Of a DNA stretch of 64,000 bases, positions 11,953-25,901 are shown piece after piece. Each line of letters opens with the position of its first letter. Position 1 is the stretch's first letter. The notes under the pieces were generated by a model. It was given only the letters and a program-made list of their open reading frames with translations. It was not told the origin of the DNA and did no database searches. Position numbers and translations under genes: made by a program. Source of the stretch: Octopus vulgaris (lineage: Eukaryota); the NCBI GenBank assembly GCA_951406725.2, contig OX597838.1, positions 23,250,001-23,314,000 on the forward strand, written 5' to 3'.

Positions 11953-14900
11953 ATATATGTTTGTGTGTCTGTGTTTATCACTTGACGACCAATGCTGGTG
12001 TGTCTACATCCCCATAATTTAGTGGTTCAGCAAAAGAGACCAATAGAATAAGTACTAGACTTACAAAGAATAAGTCCTGGGGTTGATTTGCTCAACTAAA
12101 GGCGGTGGTATTGAGCAGAATATTTGCTGTAGCCCATCTTTGACACCGAGCCTAAGCATACATAATAACATTTCCAATTAGTTAAGATCAGAAGCCACAA
12201 GAGCCACTGCCTGGTACTGCATCAAGGCCTAAGGCCATGAGCTGGCGGAACCGTTAGTATGCTGGACAAAGTGCTTATTGACATTTCTTCTGACTCTTTA
12301 TATGCTGAGCTAAAATGATAAGATAAAGTACCAGTGAAGTACTGGAGTTGTTGAAATCATCTGAACCCCTTCCCATTAAAATTATTGGTTTTGTGTCGAA
12401 ACATGAAACCATTATTGTTGTTATTACGATTAATAAATTCTGTTTTTTCTAATTATAATTAGTTCCGCTGGTATCTAGAGTGTGTCCAAGTGATGTATAC
12501 AGAGTTTGGAAAAGTGGTAAGTAGTTTTTTTTTTTTTGTTTTGTTAAGATTATCTTTTGAGTCTAGAAAATAATTGTCAACTCTATGTCCCTTTCTATTT
12601 GTCATATTTTGATCACTAACACACTTGAATTTAGTAACAGATGCTATCCAGGTTCAGTCCCACTGTATGGCACCTTGAGCAATTGTTTTCTTACTACAGT
12701 TGCCCCAGGCCTACCAAAGCGTTGTGAATGGAAGCTCATTGCATATGTCTACATACAAGGTTGAATCAGAAAGGAATATAGTTTTTATTTGCATCACTTT
12801 CTGATTCTCCCTCTAAGTACATCAACATCAAAATCAAAATCAAATGGATATTGTAGTTGTGATACCCGTGCCGGTGGCGCGTTGGGCCTCACAGAGGCAA
12901 TGACGAAAGACCGAGACCTGAGATGTACCATGTTTGTATGTATGGATGTGCATCTCTATATGTGTGGATCCATGTCTCCATATGTGTCCTTGTGTGGAGT
13001 AAAGTGTGTGTGTGTATATATGGTCATGTGTTTCAGTCTCCATTTGCGTATGTGTGCTTGTCTGTTCTTATAAATTATGCACCTATCCGTCTGTATGTTG
13101 ATCTGTTTAACAATCGACATATCATAGATTCTGTAGCCTTTCTTCATTCCATCTTCTTCCTCTTGTTCATGTATTTTCAGGCTCCAATGTACGTATTGAC
13201 ACAACACTGCTGGGCTTTGACAGTATGAAATGGCAGAGAGGCAGCAGAAGTTATATTTTTAAAGGCAGATGTAAGCAGCAAATGATTCAGCTTCTATTAT
13301 TTTTCTCACGTTTACCTCTCTATCTGTCTGTCTGTCTGTCTCTCTATCTCCCTATCTGTCTGTCTCCTTATCTATCTACTTATCTCAGACGTTGTGGTGA
13401 TTTGCTGTACTTGAGAAGATTTGTCAAGCTAACTAAAATCGCTGTCATCCATACATACAGGCTGGTCCTTTACATGTGCTGGTGCCACATAAAAGAAAAC
13501 CCAACACCCTCTGTAAAGTGGTTGGTGTTAGGAAGGGCATCCAGTCGTGGAAATCATGTCACAAGAGACAATTGGAGTCTGGATAACTGGCCAGCTCCTG
13601 TCAAACTGTCCAACCCATGCCAGCATGGAAACCGGAAATTAAACAACGATGATGATGATGATTTACTTATCTATCTATCCATCCATCCATCCATCTATCC
13701 CCCTTCTCTTTCTCTCCTATTTTCTAGCATCTCTTTTTTTTTCTCTTCATTGGACATATTTACATGCAAAAAGCACCATCCAAATGTGGTCAATGCCAGG
13801 CCCGCCTGACTGGCTCCTGTGCTGGTGGCACGTAAAAAGCATCAACCGACTGTGGTCGATGCCAGTACCCACTGACTGGCTCTTGTGCCGGTGGCATGTA
13901 AAAAGCACTATCCGAACGAGATCGATGCCAGGCCCACCTGACTGGCTCCTGTGCCAGTGGCACGTAAAAAGCACCCAGTACACTCTTGTAGTGGTTGGCA
14001 TTAGGAAGGGCATCCAGCTGTAGAAACATTGCCAGATGTTCTCAGATCCATATAAGATTTTTAGGGATCCACACAAACAAAATAAATTCTCAAATCCATA
14101 TAAGATTTTTAGGGGTCCATACGAGCAAAATAAATTTTCAAATCCATGAGATTTTTAGGGTCCACAGACGCAAAATAAATTCTCAAATCCATACAAGATT
14201 TTTAGGGTCCACAGGAGCAAAATAAATTCTCAAATCCATACAAGATTTTTGGGGATCCACATGAGCAAAATAAATTCTCATATCCATATAAGATTTTTAG
14301 GGGTCCACCCGAGCAAAATAGTAAATTGAGTACCCACAGTAGTATATAAAGTATCCTTGAAAAAAATGTTGCTTCTTTAGATGTATTTATTGCAAGAAAC
14401 GACTTGGTTTCCTTCTCTGATGTTTTACATAACCAAACCTACATGAGTGAATGTGTAAAAAAAAAAACAAAATAGGAATTTTGAAAGAAGTATCTATAAA
14501 AGCAGTTTTTAAACATCGAATGGCGATGAGGATGAAATAGTCATCAAAGGGGTCCATAGGTAAAGATTGGTTTTGAACCACTGGTCTGTCTCTTTGTATC
14601 TCCTACTGAGATCATTTCTCTTCTTCCTTCTCTCTCTCCTTCTAAATGCGAGTAGCCTTGGAGACCCTCCACAAGAACTTGCTCTGACCACCTTCCACGT
14701 CTCTCATACTTTAACCCCTTGTCTTCCCTGAACAGTGAGATGTCAGTTTACCTGGAAAGAGACAATGCAAAGTATTAACGAGAAGAGTTGAAATTCATGC
14801 GTTCAAGATTTCACAGCCCTAGCATCACTCCTTCATAGTCAGCCTATGAAATTTTCAGCCCACCCTCATATAATAATAAAAAAAAAGAGATTCATAACAA

Positions 14901-15095
14901 GCTAGCAAAATATGACATGGTGTCTTCTTGTCTGCTGGTCATGTGACATATCGTCTGCTTAGTATATCAGTGCAAAGTCTGTCTCTCCCTCTCTCTCCCC
15001 CTCTCCCTCCTGTTCTGTCTCTTGTTCTCTCTCTTCCCCTCTTTCTCCCTCTCTCACTTCAGTGACATTTCTTCCTTCTTTCAGCTCTTCTTTGT

Positions 15096-15173
<78 letters not shown>

Positions 15174-17758
15174 TCTTCTTCTTCTTCTTTCCAGCTTCTG
15201 AACACTCTTTCACCCATTCAGAAGCTCTCGCACATGCCCACGCTCAAACATATGCACACACACAGAACACACATACGTGCACACACATCCCCACACTCAA
15301 ACATGCATGTGCACACACTCAATATGTGTGCGCATGCATGCACACACATCCCCACATTCAAGCATGCATACACACACACACACACACACAACACACATGT
15401 GCACACACTCAAAAATGCACGCACCCAAACCTGTATGCACTTATACATGCACACACTCAAATACATGCACAAACACACACCCACATAAATCCTATTTTGT
15501 CACAACTGTCACCTTCAATGTTTCCCCCTTTGTTTGACCCCTGTCTCTTCCCTGTTTAACCTCTGACACAGGTCAAACTGCAACAGTGATGGAAGTTGAT
15601 CATGACAACCAGGAAGTCTATTCAGAAACCATACAAATTCAGCAGATGCCACTCATGTCCTCCATCCTTGAGCCGACTGCAGAGGAAGTTGCCGCTCGAC
15701 TTACCTCTCCCATCATGACCACTTTTATAGACACCGATAAAATAGCTTTTGAAAGGTACGTATGAGTCCCCATCTTTATCACATTCACTTGCATGTCATT
15801 GATGAATTTAGTACAAAGAGACTGTGTGGAGGCCTGACATATCTGTCTATCTATCTGTGTTTCTCTTTGTGTTTCTCCCCCCCCCCCAACTGACAACCAG
15901 TGTTAGTTTGTTTATGTCCCACCATAACTTAGTAGTTTGATAAAAGAGGCCAGTAGAATTACAATAACAATTTACAAGTCCCTTAACCCCTTGGGAGTCA
16001 TTGGGGTCCTGCAGTCATGTAGGATATATTGGGTGAGGAAACCTGGCAGAGCCCAATCCTCTCCAGGCTAAACTCATTTTTGCCATCTGAATGGCTTGGA
16101 GCAACATGAAATGAAGTGTTTTGCTCAAGAACACAATGCATCGCCTGGTCCAGGAACCAAAACCACAATCTTATGATCATGAGTCCAACATCGGTTGTCG
16201 GGCGATGTTGGAGGGACAAACACAGACACACAAACATGTATATATATATATATATACACATATACATATATACGACAGGCTTCTTTCAGTTTCCGTCTAC
16301 CAAATCCACTCACAAGGCTTTGGTCGGCCAGAGGCTATAGTAGAAGACACTTGCCCAAGGTGCCACACAGTGGGAATGAACCCGGAACCATGTGGTTGGT
16401 AAGCAAGCTACTTACCACACAGCCACTCCTGCGCCTTCAGTAAATTTCAGTGAAATGTCTTTAAAAGCCAAAATATGTCGCAAATTTATTTGAACCAACC
16501 TAAAGTGTGTGTGTGTATTGGTGTCCTTCCATACAGGCATGTCCACTGCATCCCTCTTCAGCTGAGTGTTTCTAATTTTGCAGGCTCCTGGGGGCTAGCA
16601 CCATGTGAAAAGCACCTGTGCCAATGCTGTGTAAAAGCACCTAGTACACTCTGTAATGTGGTTGGCATTAGGAAGGGCATCCAGCTGCAAAAACCATGCC
16701 AAAACAGACATGGAGCTTGGGCAGCTCTCTAGCTGATCAGCTCTCCAGCTGAGCAGCTCTCTAGCTGACCAGCTCCTGTCAAACCATCCAACCCATGCCA
16801 GTCTGGAAAATGGATGTTAAATGATAATGATAATGTGTGTGTGTATGTATATACATCTGGGTAATGCTAACTGGTCACAAGATGGTGTTTGGTCCTACCT
16901 GGCTGGGTTACCTGGGTGAAGGTGTCTGATGTTGAAAGATCCAAAACACGTAATGACCCCACCAACACCAGGAGACATTGATAATGATGTATAGAATAAG
17001 TGATGTAGTTTTAAGTTTCTCTCTCTTCCACATCCCCTTACTATATCATGTCTTACATCTTATTTCACTTCATTTTTGTTTTCAACAGGAACAAGTCAGG
17101 TATATGGGGTTGGCGAAGTGATAGATCTGAGGTTATCAACGGATACGAAAGCAAGGTAAGATTTCAAAGGTGTTCTTTTCTCAGGTGTGGAAAGGAGGTG
17201 TGGCTTCTGAGAAACATAGTAGCCAGACTGAAAACATGGTTGGTAAAATTCCAGCAACTTTAATAATTTTCAATCCTGTGTTTAAAACTTTAAAAATTCG
17301 GTAGTTTTACATATCCAATTAGGGAAGTTTGCTAATCAGTTTGGAAACCTCATTTTAAAGTTACTGGTTGTTGACAAATTTTTGTGCCTTGTAAGAATAA
17401 TTTACCCAATGATTCTGCTGTTCTAACGGTGTCTCTGCATTCAAAAATAAATTATCATCTTCTTTGTATCTATATACACATTTCATTGCTTATAAAAAAA
17501 CAAATGTTAGTTTATATATATATATATAAATAGGCGGCGAGCTGGCAGAAACGTTAGCACGGCGGGCGAAATGCGTTACCGTATTTCGTCTGCCGTTACG
17601 TTCCGAGTTCAAATTCCGCCGAGGTTGACTTTGTCTTTCATCCTTCCGGGGTCGATAAATTAAGTACCAGTTACGCACTGGGGTCGATGTAATCGACTTA
17701 ATCCATTTGTCTGTCCTTGTTTGTCTCCTCTGTGTTTAGCCCCTTGTGGGTAGTAAAG

Positions 17759-17797
<39 letters not shown>

Positions 17798-19633
17798 TAC
17801 ATACTTACACACACACATAATGTATATAAATTATATATTTTACACACGCATGTATAATGTATATTGTATAAAAAGTTATATATATATATATATATATATA
17901 GCGTTATGTATTGTATATGTATAATATGCATGTATGACAAAATTGTATATATTTTATTGTTTAACAATGAGAACATATTAAACTCAGTTGAATACTGTGT
18001 TTTAGGTTTTCAGTGCCTCTAACGTGGAATTGATAACAAAGACTAGAACAGAACATATGACCGAAGACGACAAGGAACGCTGTAAGAAAGTGAACAAGAC
18101 TCCTTTAGTATCCTTCCTAGGGGTCGCTGAAGAAGAAAACAAAGCCCAGGGAGCCACCAACGGTGTAAGTATATTTGTCTGTAAATATATATGTGTGTGT
18201 GTGTGTGTAAGATATATCATCATCTTCATCATCATCATCGTTTAATGTCCGCTTTCCATGCTGGCATGGACTGGATGCTTTGGCATGGGGTTGGCTAGCA
18301 GGGAGCTATCCAGACTCCAGCCGTTTGCTGGATGCCCTTCCTAAGGCCAACCACTTAACAGACTGGATGCTTTTCACATGCTGCTGACATGGATGCGTTA
18401 ACGCAGCACTGGCACAGTGGCACTGGCACCTGAAAGGACAAGCCTGTATGTGTGGAAGACAGCAGTTTTACCTAGCTTAACATTTCTTATCAAGTACAGC
18501 AAATTGCCACATCTCCTGGTCCCTTGTCATTTCCTCAGTGAGGCCTAGCATCCGAAGATCCTTACTCGCCATTTCATCTCACATCTTCATGGGCCTACTC
18601 CTTTCGCAATTAGAGCTCAGCACTTCTTCATGCAGCTGTCCTCATCCATATGCAACCAAACCAGTGCAGTCTTCTCTCTTGTGCACAACATCTGATGGCT
18701 CATTTACTCAGTTTTCCTCTTTTAAAATGTCTTTTTTCCATCAACATACATATTAATAGATTACTGGTGATGTGTACCATCATCATCACAGAAATCACCA
18801 ATAATATTTTTAAATTTAACTTAATATATAGAATAAATTATTGTGTAAAATGTAGTATTTAAATGTAATCTAAAATCGATCATCATCATCATCATTTAAT
18901 GTCCGCTTTCCATGCTGGCATGAGTTGGACGATTTGACTGAGGTCTGGCAAACCAGATGGCTGCACCAGACTCCAATCTGATCTGGCAGAGTTTCTACGG
19001 CTGGATGCACTTCCTAACACCAACCACTCTGAGAGTGTTGTGGGAGCTTTTACGTCCCACCGGCATGAGGGCCAGTCAGGCAGTACTGGCAACGGCCATG
19101 CTCAAATGTTGCTTTTTATGTGCCACCTGCACAGGAGCCAGTCCAGCGGCACTGGCAATGACGCCACTCGAATGTTTTTTCACGTGCCACCAACACAAGT
19201 GCCAGTAAGGTGATGCAGGTAACGATCGTGCTCGAATGGTGCTTTTTACGTGCCATCTGCACGGAGGCCAGCTTGTTGCTCTGTGTATAATATTCTATAT
19301 TTTTGAGATGAGGAATTATGTACATTATTTACTATGGACGGATATGTGTCCTCACCGTGTTTGTTGTTATCTCAACATTTCGGCTAATGTACTCTCCAGC
19401 CTTCATCAGGTGTTCTGGTGGAATTTCAAACCCGACCCTTTATTTGACTAATGGGGTACTCTGTTCTCATTCCTAAGGCATGTTGCAGGGACTTGAAAAA
19501 TAACATCAGCAACATACATTATTTACATTTGACTAATATTTGTACTCCTTTTGTTTGCCCACGGGCATATAGCATAGTGGTTAAGAGTGTGGGCTACTAA
19601 CCCCAAAATTTCGATTTAGATTCCAAGCAGTGA

Positions 19634-19670
<37 letters not shown>

Positions 19671-20665
19671 TAAGAAGAAGAAGACCAACAACAACAACAA
19701 CGAAAAATACCTTAGGAATGAGAACCCAGTTTCGAAATTTCCCCAAGACACCTGATGAAGGTTGGAGGGTGTATCAGCCAAAATTTTAACAGCAAACAAG
19801 ATGAGGGCAAATATCCATCAATTGTAAATAATGTGAATAATGTCAATAATTCTTCATTTTAGGTTTTAGGTAATTGTTGTTTCTTTTTAGTTGTATGGTG
19901 AAACTAGCTTGCTGTTGTCATTGATGTATTATAACTGCTTCAGATGTTTCCTGTTTTTAAAGGGTTTTTTTTTTAACCCCGCCAAGAAGATTATGTTTTT
20001 GCCGGTGTTGGTTCGGAAAATTTGGCGATTTTTCAGCATGCATGTATATGGGTGGAAATGAGCTGCTTGGCGGAGGTCTGCGCTCTCCTACTGCTTTTTT
20101 AGTTTTGACCTATATTTTCTTCTGTTTTTATTCTATGTGCTCCTTGGCCATGCTACAGCCAGACATCCAGACCCTGTCTTACAATCCATCATCAATCAAA
20201 CCGGAAGAATACTTCGACGAAGAATGCAACCTTGGCGACCGTGACATCGGACGTCCAATCGAGCAGAGTAGCAAAGCACAGCGTTTCAAAGCCACCTTGT
20301 GGTTGTGTGAGGACTACCCCTTGTCTCTACCAGAGCAAGTTGTACCCATCATTGACCTCATGGCTGCCAGCAATGCTCACTTCAAGAAGTTACGGGATTT
20401 TGTCACATTGCAGTTGCCAGCAGGATTCCCAGTGAAAATTGGTAAACACAGAAATTTCTTTTATCTCCCATTTTTGATCTTTTACTTGTTTCAGTTATTG
20501 AATTGCGGCCATGCTGGAGCCCTGCTCTGAAGGGTTTCGTTGAACAAATCAACCTGCAGTACTTATTTTTTTCTGTCTAGTACTTATCCTCTTGGTGTCG
20601 TTTGCACACTGCTAAGTTATGGGGATTTAAACAAACCCACACCAGTTGTGAAGCTGTAGCTGGGA

Positions 20666-20700
<35 letters not shown>

Positions 20701-20888
20701 GCTTCCACACAGTTTCTGTTTACCAAATTCATTCACAAGGCCTTGGGTTAAAATAGAAAAGACACTTGCTAAGGTGCCATGCTGTGAGATTGAACCCAAA
20801 ACCACATGGTTGTGTAAAGTGAACTTTTTAACCACAGACCCATGATTGTCCCTGCAAAGCAAGCGTCTGTACTCATTTTACAAACACA

Positions 20889-20922
<34 letters not shown>

Positions 20923-21383
20923 TACATAATTTTCACCCGTTCTTATTGTCCTGCAATTATTATATACATTTTTTGGTATTTTGTCCTCTACTCATCTCAT
21001 GTGTTTACGTATTTTTCACTCGTTGGTTATGTCCTGTACTTGATGTATTATATATATATATTACGGAGATGTACTCGCATAGCAAGTAATTTGATCTGAG
21101 ATCGTGTGCTGAAACGAAAACAATTGCAGCGTGGCAGGTGTTTATAAGCCATTTAAGAAACACACGAAAGCCGTTCGATTCACTTCAACATTTAAGTTTA
21201 ATTTGTCAAAATATTTTCGTCGCTAAAATCCGTGACCTGTTCACTGACAAAAATCCGTGCTGAACAGGTCGCAGATTTTAGCGACGAAAATATTTTGACA
21301 AATTAAACTTAAATGTTGAAGTGAATCGAACGGCTTTTGTGTGTTTCTTAAATGGCTTATAAACACCTTCCACGCTGCAATTG

Positions 21384-21424
<41 letters not shown>

Positions 21425-22175
21425 CATATACACACACACAGAGGGAGAGAGAGAGTTATTACCACGGGATTATCATTCCTAGTAAAATACTTTATAAGCT
21501 CTCTGTTAGTACAACAGTTAACAATATTGTTTAGATTAATAAAGAGGTCTGCATATTCTTGTGGCAGAGTCAAAGGTTATAATTCATTACCATTTTATAT
21601 TGTTAATCCATAGTTGTGTTCCAGTTATACTGTTTTTTATTTTTACACAGTGATATATAAGACAAGGCGTAAATACTGGTTATTACTTCTATGAGATGAC
21701 AATTTTTTATGCCTTGTCTTGTGTGTGTGTGTGTGTGTCATCATCATCATCATCGTTTAGCGTCCGCTTTCCATGCTAGCATGGGTTGGACGGTTCAACT
21801 GGGGTCTGAGAAGCCAGAAGGCTGCACCAGGCCCAGTCTGATCTGGCAATGTTTCTACGGCTGGATGCCCTTCCTAATGCCAACTACTCCGTGAGTGTAG
21901 TGGGTGCTTTTTACGTGCCACTGGCACAGGTGCCAGACGAGGCTGGCAAACGGCCACGATCGGATGGTGCTTTTTACGTGCCACCGGCACAGAGGCCAGG
22001 CGAGGCTGGTAACGGTCAAGATTAGATGGTGCTTTTTATGTGCCACCAGCATGGAGGCCAGTCGGGGCGGAGCTGGCAACGGCCACGTTCGGATGGTTCT
22101 CTTACATGCCACCGGCATTGGTATCACAGCTACAATTTCCATTGATGTTGATCAATTTCAATTTTGATTTTGATT

Positions 22176-22210
<35 letters not shown>

Positions 22211-25200
22211 GTGAATTGCAAAATTCCTGATGTGAATTAATGGACTAAACTGAACAGAAGACACATGAGATGGAAGAGTTGCTGAAGAGGTTACAGGTGT
22301 GTGACAAAAGATTTCTAGACAATGAACATAAGATAAAATAAGACCAATAATAAACAAGTGAAGAACAAATATACAGTGCCTGTATTTATTTGGCAAGTAA
22401 TCGAAAAAAAATTGCCATCCTAAAATATACATACATACATGTATATGTATGTGTGTATATATATATCCTATTTCTGGTTTTTAACTTGACACCTCTTTCA
22501 GTACATTCTAATACTCTTTTTCTTTTTTCTTTTATATTCAGAAATTCCTTTGTTCCATGTCCTTAATGCAAGAATCACTTTTGGAAACATCTTTGGAGTC
22601 GAGAGCCCAGTTGGAGGTGTCACATGTATTCAAGACGAGAAAATGTCCTGCTCCATCGATGATTCTGTATTTGACTTGCCGGCCAACTACAGCCGAGGTG
22701 GTGAGTCACCCTGTTTCACAACTGTTATATTCGGCATTGGAAATAAATGGTGGTGATGGTGGGGGCAGTTGGAGGTTATTGAAGAATGACAATGATGAAG
22801 ATCTGTTGTGTTAATTAGGTTAATGAGTGCAAGTGTGTGTGTGTGTGTGTGTGACCTTGCATTTGTTTATCTCTTCAACATTTCAAACAGGTCTTAGCCA
22901 GCGATAATATTTTACCTGTTATATGCTGCTTCCTGCCAAATCCAATCTCGCACATGTCTGGCAATGTCATTCCGAAAAATAAAGTCACAATGCTGAAATC
23001 TCAAAGCTATGAAATAAAGCTTGATTAATTCAAAACAATGTGAATGAAAAAAAACATTACATTTGACTGGGTAATGTGGATGCTAAAGATATCAGCAGGT
23101 TTTGTTTTTAATATCGATTTTAGATTACATTTAACCCTTTAATGTTTAATCCGGCCATATCCGGCCAAAATATTCTACCTATTTTATGTTCAAACTAGTC
23201 AGGTATGGTCATTCATAGCTATCTTATTGTGTCATTTTAAAAATAAACAATCACATTATTGGAATCTCAAAGCCATGAAATGATGCAAGATTAATTTTAC
23301 ATGGTGTGAATACATAAGCTTTACATTTTACAGAATAATCTGAATGCTAAAGAGTTAAATACTACATTTTATACAATAATTTATTCTATATATTAGTTAA
23401 ATTTTAAAATATTATCCAACCCATGCCAGCATGGAAAGCAGATGCTAAATGATGATTTGACCAGAAAACATATTTGAGATCTGATCACTAATTTGTGCAA
23501 GGTGATTAAACATGCAACACAGGTTTAATTCTTTGTTAATTTCATTATTTTTATGTTGTTTGCCAAAATTAATGTGTCGTGAAAAATTGTTTTGAAAATG
23601 TGTCACCAATGTGGAGAGTTTGGGAACGAAAGAGGATATTGAAGAAGAGTGTGTATGCGTTGGTGTATGACTTGCTGGTTGGAGTGTTCAGTTTGTGATT
23701 GTTGGGTTGGCAGTTCGATTCTCAGCAGTACTTCATCTCCTTGAGCAGGACACCTTGTTTCGCATTGCTGTAGTCCAATCAGCTGGCAAAAATGAGCAGT
23801 ACTTGTATTTCAAAGGGCCTGCTTGTCACATTCTGGGTTATGCTGAATCTCCTTCAGAACTACGTTAAGGGTATACATGTCTGTGGAGTACTCAGCCACT
23901 TGCATTGTTAACTTCAGGAGCAAGGTGTTTCATTGATTGGATCAACTGGAACACTCATCGCCATAACAACTGGAGTGCCTGTATAGTCAGTGTGTGTGTT
24001 TGTGTGTGTGTGTATGTGGTAGTTGCGGCATTGTGTGTGTGGGTCAGTATATATGTAGTAATGTGTGTGGCAGTATGTGTGTGTGTGTGTGTGCATGTCA
24101 ACTGGATCACCTGGATCTGCCAGGCTTTCTACTGCCGAGTCGGCCCCCACTGTCCACAGCATTTGCTCCATTCCCCTCATGCTTTCACCATTCTCCTCCA
24201 CATTATTCCAAACATCTTTCTAAAACCATCTTCCCACCTGATTGGAATTCTTCTGAGTGGTCCCTTCCATTCGTGTGGCTACCAATCAACAACTGCATGG
24301 GTCCACCAATAGTCTGTGCACCTTGCGACATGGTCGGCCCTTTGTAGCTTTGCGTGGTGGTATTCTGTGACAACGTCCTTCACTCCAGTTCTATCCCTGG
24401 TCTCCTCGTTCCGGATGTGATCTCTTAGCGAGATGCCTAGCCTTGACCTTTCTATGGCTGTGTGTGTGTGTGTGTGTGTATGTGTCGCAATGTGTGTGTG
24501 TGGTATTGTGACTAATGAAGGTGGCGAGCTGGCAGAAACGTTAGGACGCCGGGCGAAATGCATAGCCGTATTTCGTCTGCCGTTACGTTCTGAGTTCAAA
24601 TTCCGCCGAGGTCGACTTTGCCTTTCATCCTTTCGGGGTTAATAAATTAAGTACCAGTTACGCACTGGGGTCGATGTAATTGACTTAATCCGTTTGTCTG
24701 TCCTTGTTTGTCCTCTCTGTGTTTAGCCCCTTGTGGGTAATAAAGAAATAGGTATTGTGAATAATGTTAGCATCTTATAATGCTATTATGTTATTATAAT
24801 TGATAACGAGAATGAAATCTCTGTCTGTCTGTCTGTCTTTCTGTCCATGCAGGTGATGCCAACCATGAGCGCTTGACCCTGCGTTCCGATGATGAAGAAT
24901 TGCTCCAATATGCCATCCAACAGAGTATGATTGAAGTCGGCACGGAAAACGACCAGGTAAATTGCCCGATTGAATCTCCTGCTGATCCTTATGTAAGTGA
25001 ATAACTTCTGTAACTAACAATCCATCCATCAATCATCAATCAATCAATCAATCAGTCAGTCAGTCAGTAGAGCTTGTTGGGTTTGTCTTTTGTTCTTTAA
25101 TTTTGTTTGTTTTAATTTTTCTGTAACCCTCCAACCCCCCTTTTTTTTTTGTCTTTTTACTCCCAAGTTTCCCTTTTTGTATTTCTTTTTCCTTCATCAG

Positions 25201-25846
25201 TGAATATATTTTGGTTCTGTTCTTATTTCATTCTTCAAATTCTTTGACCATTTTCTTTTTTATTTTTTTCACCAATTCTCATCTCTGTCTTTTGACGTAT
25301 TCGCCGTGGGTGGCGGCTGCATGGTTTATTTTCCCCCCTCCCTCTCCTCTCTCCCATGCCTTCCCTGTTCCTTGAACCCTAAACCAGCTTCTCTGTTCCG
25401 CTCTGTGCAGTACCGTTCTGTATTCCCTGTTTATCAATACCAACTGTACCAACAGCTTTGTCCTTTTTTTTTTTTGTTTGTTTGTTTATATTATTTTGTT
25501 TGGTGTCTGTCTGTCTGTCCTTTCTATTCATGTTTGTTCAGGGCCCTTTTTTAAACTCTTATTATTATTATTATTATTATTATTATCATCACTAGGGCAA
25601 CGAGCTGGTAGAATTGTTAGCATGCCGGGCAAAATGCTTAGTGGTATTTTGTCTACCTTTATGCTCCGAGTTCAAATTCTGCCAAGGTTAACTTTTCCTT
25701 TCATCCTTTTGAGATCAATAAAATGAGTACTGGGGTCAGTGTAATTGACTTATTCCTCTCCCCTGAAATTGCTGGCCTTGTGCCAAAATTTGGAATTATC
25801 ATTATTGTTATTATTATTATTATTAAGTTAGTGAGCTGAACAAGGG

Positions 25847-25901
<55 letters not shown>

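Noticed and set aside
13765-13980. CRISPR-like repeat/spacer pattern (also at 21.9 kb, 32.8 kb and 47.4 kb)
   Set aside because: The supposed spacers are homologous to each other, the DNA is intron-containing eukaryotic sequence, and no cas genes are present.
17533-17620. tRNA genes at SINE heads
   Set aside because: A and B boxes continue into repeat bodies, and I could not see a complete cloverleaf with an acceptor stem.
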